Assembly (NCBI RefSeq): GCF_030684315.1
Contig: NC_081363.1
Span: forward strand, 56,610,312-56,674,311
Direction: 5' to 3'
DNA: 64,000 nt
DNA from: Stegostoma tigrinum
Taxonomy: Eukaryota
Below, in pieces: positions 51,745 through 64,000 of the stretch (positions within the stretch are counted from its first letter, which is position 1; each line of letters opens with the position of its first letter). A program made the translations under genes and the position numbers. The notes under the pieces were generated by a model, which saw only the letters and a program-made list of their open reading frames with translations, did no database searches and had not been told where the DNA came from.

Positions 51745-52720
51745 AAGCATTGTGGAGCTTCATTCATCCAGGAAAGTGAGGATAATTCCATCACACTTTG
51801 GATTTGTGCCTTGCAAATGATGGACATGCCTTGTGGAGTCAGCAGGTGAGTTACACACTGCAGCTTTCTTAGCCTCTGACCTCCTTTTGTCGCCATAGTC
51901 CTTACATAGCTAGTCTAGTTCATTTCGTGGTCAACAATACCTCCAGGATGTTGATAACGGGGATTTCAGTGCTGGCGATGTCATTGAATATCAAGGGCCA
52001 TAGTTAGATAATCACTTGTTGGAGATGATCATTACCTGGCATTTGTGTGATGCCACTTACCACTTGTCAGTCAAAACTTGGATATCGTGCAGGCCTTGTT
52101 GCATTTTTATATGGAATCATTTGGTATCTGAGGAGTTGCGATGATGCTGAACATTATGTGAACATATACAGTCAGTGAACCAGTGACTTCTGTCCTTAGG
52201 ATAGAAAAAGTTCATCGATGAAGCAACTGACGATGGTTGGACCAAGGACACTACCCTGAGGAACTCCTGTATGCATAAAAATCTCCTTTTATCTCACTTC
52301 TACGCAGATTTATATTTTTCCATGGACTGGTGAAACAAGACAATGTCAATTCATGACTTGAAATTTAAAGCAATATCCTGGATGATGCAGATTGTCAGTA
52401 TCTTCTTCATGTCTCCACGTTGGCCAGCCTTCCTTAATATCTTAGGGTATGTTCAATAGACAGTGACTATCCATATCTCCCCATTGGCAGAAGCTGGCAT
52501 TGGCAAAGTCTCCACGTATCATCATTGCACATCTCAGACTAACATATATTACAGTTCAGCACTTTTTTACTCACCTGTGGGGCTTGTGTGTTACTGGCTT
52601 GGTCAGCGTTTACTGCCCATTACTCGCTGCCCTTGTGAGGCTGGTGGAGAGCTGCCTTCTTGACTCACTGAAGTCCAAGTGCTGTTGGTTGACCCAAAAT
52701 ACCAAAGGGAGAAAATTCCA
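51745..52720 (-). mobile_element. Second LINE family fragments
   Basis: Homologous to 36330-36790 and 58810-59460; separate 3' UTR piece at ~52570-52720. Confidence 0.65.
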
Positions 52721-52964
52721 GTGACATATTCGTTTGTCAAAAAAACTGCCAACAAATGCCATTAGATGATAATGTAAAGTCTTAATGTGGCATCCAAATC
52801 TGAAACACTTGGAAGCTGATAAGGGGAGTAGAAAAGGGAAGATCATTTTATTGAAAAATACAAACCAACTCAGGAAATGACCAGGAGTTCCTGGACAATG
52901 AACATATTTAGTGAGGAGCTTAAATTGTGGGGTGGGAAGGATGCTTTACAAAAATGGAGCAAAA

Positions 52965-53265
52965 CTCAAAACACAGAAGATTGTGAGCACAGAAAAAAGA
53001 CACTTGTCCTGATAAATCTCTGAGCCAGCTGATAAACAGGCCACTTAGTTTCATTCCACTTTCAAGCATTTGGTTCATGTTCTTCAGGTCATCGTTCGTC
53101 AGGCATCCCGACCACCTTTTAAATGAGCTGAGGGTTTCTGCCTGCACTAGCCTTTCAGACAATGAGTTCCTGAGGCCTATCATACTTTTGGTGTAAAAAA
53201 TATTGTTTCTCATTTTCCATTTACTGTTCCTACCAACCACTTTAAATCCATGTTCCCTAGCCACT
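52965..53265 (-). mobile_element. CR1 3' end, degenerate
   Basis: ORF 52920-53264 REHGFKV...NSLSERLVQAETLSSFK. Confidence 0.7.
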
Positions 53266-53464
53266 ATTGTGTTGTCTCGCAGTCAGAATGAGATATGCAC
53301 ATGAATCATAGCACATGACGTGAGTGTATAAAGACATCACATTCAATCTTACTTTAGATCACACAAGGCATGACACTGTACTGAAAGCAAACTTTTCCAA
53401 TGTATGTAATAGTTTAATATTAGTTTATGCTTTGATCATGTCTCCTACTTTTTGGTCCACATTT

Positions 53465-54065
53465 TAATACATAGCACAAAGACCCCTGCAGACCCAATTG
53501 GAAACAGTCTTCCAGTTGGAAAAATACCTATCAACAACAACCCTTTGTTTCCTACCACTGAGGTAATTTTGTATAAGGCTTAACATATTCTTTTGGATGC
53601 CACAGACTTTTACTTTATTAACCAGTATGGAACCTTGTAGCAAGCTTTGCTAAAATCCACATCGACAACATCAAATGTGCTACCCTCCTCAGTCCTTGTT
53701 ATTACTTCCTCAGAAAAACCAATTAGGCTAGTCAGGCACAACCTATTCTAAACAAATCAATGCTGAGTATCCTTCATTAATACATACCTGCCTAAATGAC
53801 AGTTTTTTCTTTCCCAGAATTGATTCCACTAATTTTCCTATTACTGAGGTTGAACTGACTCACCTGCATTTATTTGATCTTGACTGAGCTTCCTACTTAA
53901 TTGAACGGTCCAACATTAGCAATCCTCTAATCCTCCATCGCCATACTTGCAGCTACAGAGCATTGGAAAATGATGGCCAGATTTGCCACTATTTCTTCTC
54001 TGACTTCTTTTAACAGCCTGGGTACATTTCATCCAGCCCCTTTTTTATTTATCAACTTTCAAGAA
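53465..54065 (-). mobile_element. Old CR1 RT fragment
   Basis: Antisense DVVDVDFSKA (53640-53675) and QH-like motif at ~53760. Confidence 0.65.
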
Positions 54066-54112
54066 TGCTAATCCATTTCAATACCATTACATTTCCCTCT
54101 TTTACAATTCTG

Positions 54113-54423
54113 ATAGAATTAGAAATTCCACAGTGTGAAAACAAGCTCTTCAGCCCAACAAGTCCACACCGACTCTCTGACTATTGCTCTCAGACCCATC
54201 CCCCTGAAAGCTACATATCCCTGACCACTATGGACAGTTTAGTGTGGCCAATCCACCTAGCCTGCACATCTTTGGACTGTGGGAGGAAACTGGAGCACCT
54301 GAAGGAAACACATACATACATGGGGAGAATGTGCCAACACCACACAGACAGTTGCCCGAGGGTGGAATCAAACTTCGGCCCCTGGTGCTGTGAGGTAACA
54401 GTGCTAACCACTGAGTCACCGTG
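54113..54423 (-). mobile_element. HE1-type V-SINE
   Basis: Homologous to the other HE1 copies. Confidence 0.85.
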
Positions 54424-54489
54424 TTCTCTGTCTTACTCTTGTTAGGGATGCTAGTGCATGATCCGTAACATAAGATGAAAGGCAGGTGG

Positions 54490-55175
54490 ACAACTTTTCT
54501 AGGGACAGTAGTTGCCCCTCCTCTGTTATTAAGGATATCCTCAACAGCATCTCCCCTATTTCCCACACGTATGCCCTCAAACCCTTCCCCCAATAACAAT
54601 AAAGATAGAATCTCCTTAGTCCTCACCACCCCACCAACCTCCGACGTGCAACATACTGCAATATTTCTGCAACCTACAATCAGACCCTACTACCAAAAAG
54701 ATATTCCACTATCCACTTTCCGCAGGGACCGTTCACTTCGCCACTGCCTTGTCAGCTTCAAACTCCCTGCCAAACGCTCCACCACACTCAATACCTTTCC
54801 CTGTAACCGCAGGAGATACTACATCTGCCCCAGACAACTTATACTGGAGGAACAGCACCTGATATTTTGCCTTGGAAGTTTACAGCCCAATGACCTGAAT
54901 ATTGACTTCACCAGCTTCAAAATCTCTCCTCCCCCAATCGATCTATCTTCTGACTCTCCTATCCCCTCCACCCTTCCCAATGACCAACCACAAAAACCCC
55001 AACTTGCATCCACCTACCTCCATCCCACCTACCATCCTCCTAGCCCCACCCTTCTCCCTCTTCTTAACTCTGGGCTCCCCTCCCTCTTTCCTGTCCTGAC
55101 GAAGGGTTTCAGCCCAAAACATCAACTTCCCTGCTCCTTGGATGCTGCCTGACCTGTGCTTTTCCAGCTCCACAT
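54490..55175 (+). mobile_element. Internally deleted older Penelope-like element
   Basis: ORF 54475-55152: RISLVLT, FRRDRSLR, TFPCNRRR, LEEQHLIFCLGSLQP; hammerhead-like motif at 55096-55123. Confidence 0.85.
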
Positions 55176-57733
55176 TTATGGATAACTTTTCACACAAACA
55201 TATGGTTTTGTATTGATTTAAGTTGTAATTTAATGTGCAACACATCCTAGATGTTGCGAAGAGGGATACAATGAGGCAAGGAGGTACAACATTGAGAGCA
55301 TATTGCATTCCTAATTACCAGCAGGAAAGATCAGAATGGAAAGAGTCAAAGGCAGCCTTCCTGCTTTAACTGGTGCAGCCAAGCAGGAGCACAACATCTG
55401 AGAAAGCTGCCCACTTGGTGTGGGCCTGCCTGCAGTCTGGCGAGTTTGTGATTGGGCAAGCTATGCTGAAAGACAGGATGCATTGACAAATACAGTTCCC
55501 TGCAGGAAGAATCTTTAACAGAATTCACCCTACTTTGACTCACTTATTCACCGAGGCCTGCCCCAGCCAGCCTGCCCCTTGAGATGTGAGGATCAATGAC
55601 TGTTCTTCATTCTGTGGCCTACGGCAGCATCAACAGTATCAACTATTTGCAGTGATACGGCTGGTACCGAAGAAGAGCTGGCCTCCTACTGAATGGCAGC
55701 ACTGGAAAGTGATACCTTTTCACTACAGAGCCTGGGAAGCCTGTGCTCACCAGGCAAGTTACTGACTGGGTCACGACATCTGGGAATGGCCACAGAGGTA
55801 GTTTCTCGCCAACAAACGGACTCATTGTTGATACAATTAAATATAGTCCTAAATGTGGTATTGAGTTTGTTTATGATGGAATTTGCCACAACAAGTAATG
55901 AAAAGTTTGTAGCATGTGCCCTGAATCAATATTGCTACCAGGATTTAATGGTATGTTGCATTTTAATCAACGTTCTCATCTTGTTCTTTGGACATCATAT
56001 CCTTGTAAATAGATTTTAATGATATTACCTGCTTTATGTATATCAGTTATTTGCTACATGAATATATAATTTGTACAACATTTATAATGCATACATTATA
56101 TTTTGACATCTTTTTGAATAACATGCAAGTATATTCATGTGCTAACTGCTTGAAATTCAAGCAACATTCAATGCAGTGATATCCATTTATATTTGCATTT
56201 ACAATGCAGTATTCCCACAACACTATTGTTATAACCAAGTGAGGAAGGGGAGACTGGTTCTTCTCTGTGCCCATTCCACCCTTGACTGGAATGGGAATTT
56301 GAGTTTTTAAAAAAGTGCTAGATTTCGAATCAATGTATACTCGACTGTGTGTAACAAATGAGCCAGGCTGTTATTCTTCAGTGAAGCATGTAATGAGTTA
56401 GATTTATTGCTAATACCCACTGACGTAAAAGGTTTTTAAAATGTTTTCAAATGCACAGATAGTTAGTAATTCTTACTAATGGGCAGAAACTTACATACAC
56501 TTGCCAAATGTGTAGAAAATACGCAATGTTACAGATTATCAGATGTTTAAACTGGATTAAAAGTACAGTTTGTTGTTCAGATATTTTCAGCCGAAGAAAT
56601 CACTTTTCACAATAATGGTTGGGTGTAATTCTTTTTCTCCTGAAGATAGTAGCCTTACTTCAAAATCCTTTGTTTCCAGTGGTGAGGTTTTTTTAGATGG
56701 CTTGCAAAGCACAGAAGAGTTCAAAGATTTCAGAGAGACAACTGGCCATGGAAGGGTCTGAGGGCAATTGAGCTGTCTGATACTCCCTCACTATTCAGTG
56801 TAGAATGGAAATCAGGTTGGAGGAGATGGCGGTCAGGCCATGCACTGCATCTTTTCTGAATTTCCATTCACAAATTGGAAATTTGTATTAGCATTTACCT
56901 TGAATTTTGTAGCTACATTTTTCCAGTGGACAGCAACTTTTAGTTGCTTGGAAAAAGCAAATGCCTCACAAATATTAAAAAGGGGATTTGAATCTGGTCT
57001 TATGAGATATGTAGTCAGAGAAAATGCAGCACATGCAGTAAACTGAGAAGTGAGATTAGGCCAGAAAAAGAAAACAGAAAGAGCAACATACTTAGACAGG
57101 AGAAGTAGTTCAACTTGTCTTAAGGGCAACAGGTTTAGATGATTGATGCATGAGGGATAACACATTTAAAGGTCTGTTTTGAAAAATGAACCCTTATTTT
57201 TGAAGAGGATAATGGTGATAAACACACAGATGAATCAATTTATGATGACAATTTTCAGACCTTATCATCTTATACCAGCTCCTAACCTCTGCAGAAAGTA
57301 ATAAACAGACTTTTGCCTCAAACAGTTCCATTAACCATCTTTCTTCCAAGAAATCATTTGAAAACTTTGAGTTCTCTCAGCAAAATATTGACAGTGCATC
57401 CCATAAGGAAGACTTGTACATTTAGATTGAAATCCACCTTGTGATAAAGACTCCAAAAGAAACTTACAGCCATTCATTATTATCTGTGAGGGTTCCATTT
57501 CTGAGAACCCCTGTATGATGAAATTTGTAAGTGTGGAACTCATTAAATACAGGTTAAAATGGTTAAAATATTGCAGATATGCGATTTTTGCTCACAGATA
57601 TTGATTTTTCTTGTTACTTATCTTTTGGTGTGGATAAGCGAATTCACAATTTGTGACGTAATAGATACAGAGGGTTTACTGTACAGAAAAATGCTTCAGA
57701 AGAACAAGGCTGCAATACATCTTAAGAAGCTAT

Positions 57734-58626
57734 TGTTAGGACCAGGTTAGGAGAGAAGAAACAGCTACCCTCTTTTCAACCTACTCAGTTGGTCACAAAA
57801 GAGGCTTGAGTTCTTTATGAACAAGACTGTACCCCTCTCCAATGAAAATCTTATTGACTATTGTTATTGTAAGCAGTAAGGAGCCAATCACAAAGGTTTC
57901 CTGAGCTAAAGAAGTAATAAATTTATTTGTAAACCCTAAGAAAAATAATAAAGGCATAATGTCAATTGTGTGGCTATCATGCAGTCATGTGAGCCCTCAT
58001 ACATATACAGACACATACAAAGTTAAATTAAATAGTATCAAATACAAAGGAAGACAAAAGTATAGATTCCTTAGGCTGTCTTTGAGGTGTTAAGTGTTTT
58101 AACCTGAGACCATGGTTATTTAGCTGTTTCCTTTGATGCAATTTGCATTGGTGAATGTTTCAGTAACTTTTAATATTCTCAGTACCCAAGTGTATCATTT
58201 CCAGAGCTGTTTCCACAGGTACTAGATCTGTTTCGAGAGAAAGAAAGAGTTAAGCGGCAATATCAACTTACTTTTTTGATAATTTGTCCAATTGTGACCT
58301 CGGAACTCACGTTAAAATATTAGTTGCAATGTGTTTTCTTCAAGATGTTATTTTTGGGTAGGTCTGCCTATGCTCAATATTTTGCTATTGCTAATGTCTA
58401 CTTGAGAGTGTAATGTGTTTTGATTGATCTGGTCTATAAGGAATATTGATCTTCACCCCAATCCTTTCAGTGAATGATTTTTTGATTCACTCACCTCCAT
58501 CTTGGGAGGATTTGCTTTTTAAACCTTTTTCTTTGTTTCAGTCAAATTTGCAACAGTTCCAACCAATTGAAAGTTTAAAAATTATATCTTCAAAAAAATG
58601 GTGCGTACCTTAGTGACCCTATGAAA
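57734..58626. mobile_element. Possible solo LTR
   Basis: Begins TGTTAGGACC and ends in a decayed CCCTATGAAA; contains AATAAA motifs; no clear TSD. Confidence 0.25.
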
Positions 58627-58809
58627 AGGGCCAATCTACACAAAGTCAGTAGTGGCCAATATCCTAGAAATTATAATTCTTAGAGAATGAATACTCAAGT
58701 AGATAGGCACAGGAATATGAGAAAATTAGTTTATTAATGCCTGAGTAGAAAGGGTTAGGATTAAAAGGGAAAGTGGCTATGCAGATAGCTCCTGTCCGAT
58801 GCCGTGGGA

Positions 58810-59460
58810 TGTACACATGCTGGTTGGCCAACATTTATTGCCCATCCCTGGCTGCCCTTAAAAAGGTGGTGGTGAGCTGCCTTCTTGGTCCACTTCAGTC
58901 CACATGCTATAGGTAGATCCACAATGCCATTATGGTGAGAATTCCAGGATTTTGACTCAGCAACAGTGATAGCATGGCAATATACTTCTAAGTAAGGATA
59001 GTGAGTGGCTTAGAGGGGAACTTGCAGGTGGCGTTTTCATATACGTATTGTACTTGTCCTTTTAGATGGAAGTGGTCATGGGTTTGGAAGGTACTTTTTA
59101 AGGATCTTACATGAATGTCTGCAGTGCATCTTGTAGCCAGCACACAATGAATGTCAATGGTGGATGGAATGGATATTTGTGGATGTGGTACCAGTCAAGT
59201 GGCTGCTTTGTCCTGGACAGTGTCAAGCTTCTTGAGTGCTGCTGGAGCTGCATCCTGGTAAATGGGGAGTATGCCATCACACTCCTGATTGTGCTGTGTA
59301 GATGGTGAACAGGCTTTGAGGAGCCAGGAGGTAAGTTACTCCCCATTGCATTCCTAAACTCTGACCTGCTCTTGTAGCCACTGTATTTATATGGAAAGTC
59401 AAGTTGAGTTTCTGGTCAATTGTAACCCCAGGATGTTGATATTGGGTAATATCATTGATT
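58810..59460 (-). mobile_element. Second LINE family, 3' portion
   Basis: 3' UTR atttattgcccatcc...aaggtggtggtgagctgccttcttg in antisense. Confidence 0.75.
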
Positions 59461-59464
59461 GCCA

Positions 59465-61125
59465 GGAGCAGCACCATGCATACTAAAAAATGAAAGTATC
59501 AAACTGGTGAAGCTACAAAACAGGAATACTAGCCACAAGTGATAGACAGGGCCAAGCTATTTCACAAAATTGGATCAGATCTAAGCTCTGCAGTCCTGTC
59601 ACATCCAGTCATGAACGTCAGTGACAAATTATGGATGGAGGAGCTTGCCACATCAGTGAAAAGCACACCTATCCTCCCCCGCTTAGGAAACCAGAATCCA
59701 TCAACACCTAATCCTAGCCTCTCCCTCCAGGTACCCCTTTTAACACCTGACACCCTTTTACCCTCTCACCTATTTACCAATGTGCTTGGGCTGTGTAATT
59801 TTAATCAAAGTACCCAAAAGGATTGGCGTTGATTGATTGATTGGTTTTATTGACATGAATGGTAGTGGACAGTTAAGCTACAAATGAGAGGAGGACTTCA
59901 TATTTATCCCTATTTGCAATACTGGGGGCTTCTACCAGGGTCACTCCAGATATTATAACTCTGGTCCAAATATAGACAAAAGGGAGGAAGGCAAGAGCTG
60001 TAATGAAGATGTCTGCACTTAACATCAAGGCAGTGTTTGACCATGTGTGTCATCAAAGAGTCCTAGCAATACTGAAATCAATGGGATTAATGGAAAATTC
60101 TCCATTAGTTAGAATCATGCTTAGTACAAAAAGAAGGTGGCTGTGGTCTGTCCAAGGACATCTCTGCAGGAGTTTTTTAGGGTAGTGTTCAAGGCCTAAC
60201 CATATTTAGCTGCTTCATCAATGACAGTCTCTCCATCATAAGATCAGAAGTGGGAGTGATTGCTGACAATTGATCAATATTCAGTAGTTTTTGCAACTTT
60301 CTAGATTCAGAAAGTCTGTGTCCAAATGCAGCAAAGCCTGTATTGGCCACCCATGTAACAAGGAACATGCACATTTCACGTGTCAGGTAATGACAATCTC
60401 CAACAAGAGAGGGCCCAACCAATTCCCCTTGACATTAAGTGTTTATCAACGCTGAATACTCCAACTGTCTGGGTTTACCATTGGCAAGGAAATAAAACGG
60501 GCCATATAAATACTATGCCTGAAAAACAGGTCAGGCTGGGGATTCTATGGTGACTAACACAGCTCCTAAGTCATCAGTGCCTATCCACTATCTTCAGGCA
60601 AAAGTCAGGAGAGTCTGGAATTCTCTCCCCTTTGTCCGAATGACCACAGCTCAAAAAGACAAACACTCAAGAAGCTTGATACTATGCTGGAAAAAAAACA
60701 ATCCACTAGGTCAGATCCCCATCCAGCATGTTTCACATTCACTACCTTCATCAGCAACTTACTGTGCAGCAGTGTGTAATATCTATAAGATGCATTGCAG
60801 CAACTGACCAAGGTTCCTTTCACAAAACCTTCCAAACCCATAACCTCTAACAACCTGAAAGTGTTAAGGCAACAGATGCATGGGGACACGACCACCTGCA
60901 AGATCACCTTCAAGTCACACAGCATCTTGACTTCAAACTACGTCAGCCTTTGTTCGCTGGTGCATGGTAAAAAGCATGTAACTCTTTTCCTAACTGTGAT
61001 TGTATATACAACATATGGACTTCAGCATATCAAATAGACAGTTCATCAACACCTTCTCAAGGACAATTACAGATGGCCAACAAAATCTGGCTTGGCTAGC
61101 AATGTCTATATCCTGTCAAAGAATT
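59465..61125 (+). mobile_element. Second LINE family, RT to 3' end
   Basis: ALNIKAVFDHVCH, FSCFIND motifs; 3' UTR caccttctcaagg.caatta at ~61050. Confidence 0.75.
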
Positions 61126-62410
61126 TTTTAAAAAAGGAAATTTTACAGGATCAATTTGAATGCCAATTTACACTGTCTGATTTTACCTTCCATTGAAGTT
61201 GATGGGATGTACAACAGTGTGGGGTAAAAAGTAAATTGCTAATGCTGTCTGGCAGTTTTCTATCAGATCAACAGGCTTATGCCAACTCCAATAACTTTCA
61301 ATCCTTGATTGTGCATTATTGCGTAAAATGAAAGTCTGGTGCACCTTTATTTCTAACTTAAGGAAGGACACAATTATACATTTGCTAATATAAATCATTG
61401 ATTATTTAAATTCTTCTAGTGACTCCAGTTGAATTGACTGCTAAACTATTCATGAAATAAGAGAGCTATGAGTTAAAAATAAATAAAAAATAAATACCAA
61501 GTATTTGCTTGGTGAATCTACCTGCCTGCATTCTGACAATAACACTGACCAGATGGTGGAGCAGTCAGATATCACAAGGAGAACTGATGGTAATTTATGC
61601 TCAGTAACTTCTCAATTGAATTTGATGGTGCAGATTAGACAGCTGTTTTCATTGAAATAAATATTATTCAAAATTTGAGTGTTAGTAGAAGCCCAGTACT
61701 TAAAGCATGCTGTTCCAAAGGTAGAGATTTTTTGATGGTCCTTTTTGAAATGTGGTTCATGTCCACTGGATAAAGCTCAGGTTTGAAAATATATCAACAT
61801 AACATGATAATCTGCAAGATTGTTTATTTAACCAGTACTAAGTATTGCAGTAATAGAAACTTTGCTCATTTTTTCAAAATTATTTCCTCAGTGCAATTTT
61901 TGCTAAATAACTAAAATACCCGAAAAAATCCCAGACTTAGTGAAATCTAATTATCATTTAATTTTGATTGCAAAGAGCATTTAATTACATATAGGTAAAT
62001 AGATTAAATGAATTAAACAATAGAAAACAGATTGGACTATTGCTATTGCATCATGAGTCTTTTCTCTTCTGGTCTCTTTTGCAGTGGTTCCCTCACTCTT
62101 TGTCTTTAATTCAATACAACTGCAGTCCTCTATTCAAAATTCCTGGCACATTGATTTCAACTGTATCTTTTAATCATTGTCTTGCTATGTACCAAATGAA
62201 AATGCTTCACATTGCAAATAAATCAGATCACCAATATCGACATGTGTGATTTAGCTCAATCACAAGCTTGTATCATCACATTTATAACGTATATGACAAC
62301 AATGAACTAGACAAAATTTCTGTTTACTAAGGCTGTACTCAGTACAGGAGTTAACGTGGCATTAAAAGCTGCATTACCTGGCCTAAACCTATTGTTCTTG
62401 CTGAGAAGGA

Positions 62411-62655
62411 ATCATAGAATCTCTACAGCATGGAAGCAGGTCATTCAGCCCAGCAAATCCACACTGACCCTCTGAACAATGGACAATCCACCAAACCTGC
62501 ACAGCTTTGGACTATGGGGGGAAACTGGCGCACCCAAAGGAAACTCACACAAACACAGGGAGAACATGCAAACTTCACACAGTCACCTGAGGGTGGAATC
62601 AAACTCGGGTCCCCAGTGCTGTGAGGCAGCAGTGAGAACCACTAAGCCACATGCC
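62411..62655 (-). mobile_element. HE1-type V-SINE with internal deletion
   Basis: Homologous head and tail to the other copies. Confidence 0.8.
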
Positions 62656-62699
62656 AGCTCAGCCAGTTAATGTTAAGATAGCTTTTGGTATTTTCGTGA

Positions 62700-62900
62700 T
62701 CCGAGGACTGAAATACCACTGTAGCATTGAGCTATGCTACAAAGCTGTCTTTCAGATAAGACATTAAAACAATGCCCATTGCATAAAGAGGCAAAGATCT
62801 GACAGGATTAATGGTGAGGCATGTCATCCAGGTTTGGCAGAAGAACAGCTTAGAATCTTGAAGAATTAAGATTACCACCCCGGTCCTCCTCATAGTCTCT
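62700..62900 (+). mobile_element. Deu-domain SINE fragment
   Basis: gctgtctttcagataagacattaaaac...aaagatc...agaagaacag. Confidence 0.5.
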
Positions 62901-62949
62901 GTAATAGAGTCTATCATATCAATAATATTTGCACTAAACTCCTAACATG

Positions 62950-63135
62950 CAAAAAAAACAAAAACAGAAATTCCTAGAGAAACTCAGCAGGTCTGGCAGC
63001 ATCTGTGGAGAGAAAGCAGAATTAACATTTCAGATCTAGTGACTGTTCTTCAGAGTTCTACTGACTTGCTGAGTTTCTCTAGGAATTTCTGCTTTAGTTG
63101 TAGATTTCCAGCATCTGCCGTTTTTTGTTTCTTTT
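62950..63135. mobile_element. Fold-back PLE-terminus element (family 2)
   Basis: Arms 62965-62993 and 63063-63091 match at 28/29; minus-strand hammerhead-like motif at 63024-63053. Confidence 0.8.
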
Positions 63136-63351
63136 TCCAGCACAATAAACGTTGTGTTGAAAACAAATGCCTCTTCTCTTTAGAATAGAAAGCGGGTTTC
63201 CTGTACATCCCTACCTGTATATCCCTACCATAAAAGAAGATTGTGACAACAAATGTAATCCATAACAACAAGAGTGTGGAGAGCCTTCAATCTCTTCTCA
63301 CACCTGAGACCATTCTAGAAAATGGCTTCTGGGCATTTTCCAATGCATTAG

Positions 63352-64000
63352 TGTCATAGAGTCGTACAGCATGGAAACAGACCCTTCAGTCCAACTTGTC
63401 CATGCCAACTAAGCTTCCCCAACTAAATTAGCCCCATTTGCTTGCAATGGCACGTATTCTTCTGAAACTTTCACATTTGTGTACCTGTCCAAATGACTCT
63501 TAAATGTTGTAACAGTATCTACATGTATCACTTCCTCTGGCAGTTCATTCCACATATGAACCACCCTCTGTGTGAAGAAGTTACTCCTCAGATCCCTTTT
63601 AAATCCTTTGCTCTCACCTTCAAATTACACCCTCTAATTTTGAACTCCACTGCCCTGGGATATGACCTTTGCTATTCACCTTATCTATACCCCTCATGTT
63701 TATATAAATCTCAATAAGGTCACCCCGTCAACCTTCTGTGCTCAAGCTTATCCAGCCTCTCTTTATAACTCAAGTCGTCTGATCCTGGTAACACTCTTAT
63801 AAATCTTTTCTTCACCCTCTCCAATTTAATAATATCTTTTCTATAGCAGGGTGACCAGAATTGTACACAGCCCTCCAAAAGTGGCCTCAATGTCCTGTAC
63901 AACTCTAACATGACATCCCAACTCCTAAACTCAATGATCTGAGCAATGAAGGCAAGCATTCAAAGCTCTTTCTATACCACTCTCTTTGGCTGGGTGGCAA
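63352..64000 (-). mobile_element. CR1 3' portion (runs off the window)
   Basis: ORF 63720-63959 LYRTLRPLLEGCVQFWSP; gtcatagagtc tail. Confidence 0.9.

Noticed and set aside
56570-57543. Short ORFs in unique sequence as coding exons
   Set aside because: No recognisable domain or consistent splice-site and frame pairing on either strand.
1-64000. Long ORFs in the track as host genes (e.g. 11076-11669, 19686-20390, 34866-35471, 42977-43624, 54475-55152)
   Set aside because: They are CR1 or PLE fragments, off-frame readings or antisense shadows, broken by stops and frameshifts.

Overview
Eukaryotic, repeat-dominated, largely non-coding genomic DNA from a cartilaginous fish. It is most likely a shark, judged from HE1-type V-SINEs sharing the CR1/HER1 tail, Deu-domain SINEs and the Penelope families present; the species cannot be fixed from sequence alone. 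No intact host protein-coding gene, rRNA, tRNA gene or CRISPR array is supportable, and nearly all long ORFs in the track are retroelement fragments or antisense shadows. Contents: many CR1 LINE fragments (one young 2.8 kb copy), a second LINE family, a Rex1/Babar tail, five HE1 SINEs, several Penelope-like elements (PLEs; GIY-YIG and RT fragments), a fragmented Ty1/copia element, PIF/Harbinger transposase and Myb-like remnants, and hAT and Tigger-like MITEs. The most notable signal is that the PLE termini carry a minimal hammerhead-ribozyme motif (CTGATGA-A-stem-GAAACGTC). An ~130 bp unit starting at that motif occurs repeatedly as solo or fold-back insertions with 6-14 bp target-site duplications (TSDs), from apparently three families. 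Also seen: a two-template templated insertion, a perfect 33 bp hairpin and an internally inverted CR1. Boundaries of old repeats are approximate, and family names come from motif recognition rather than database searches.
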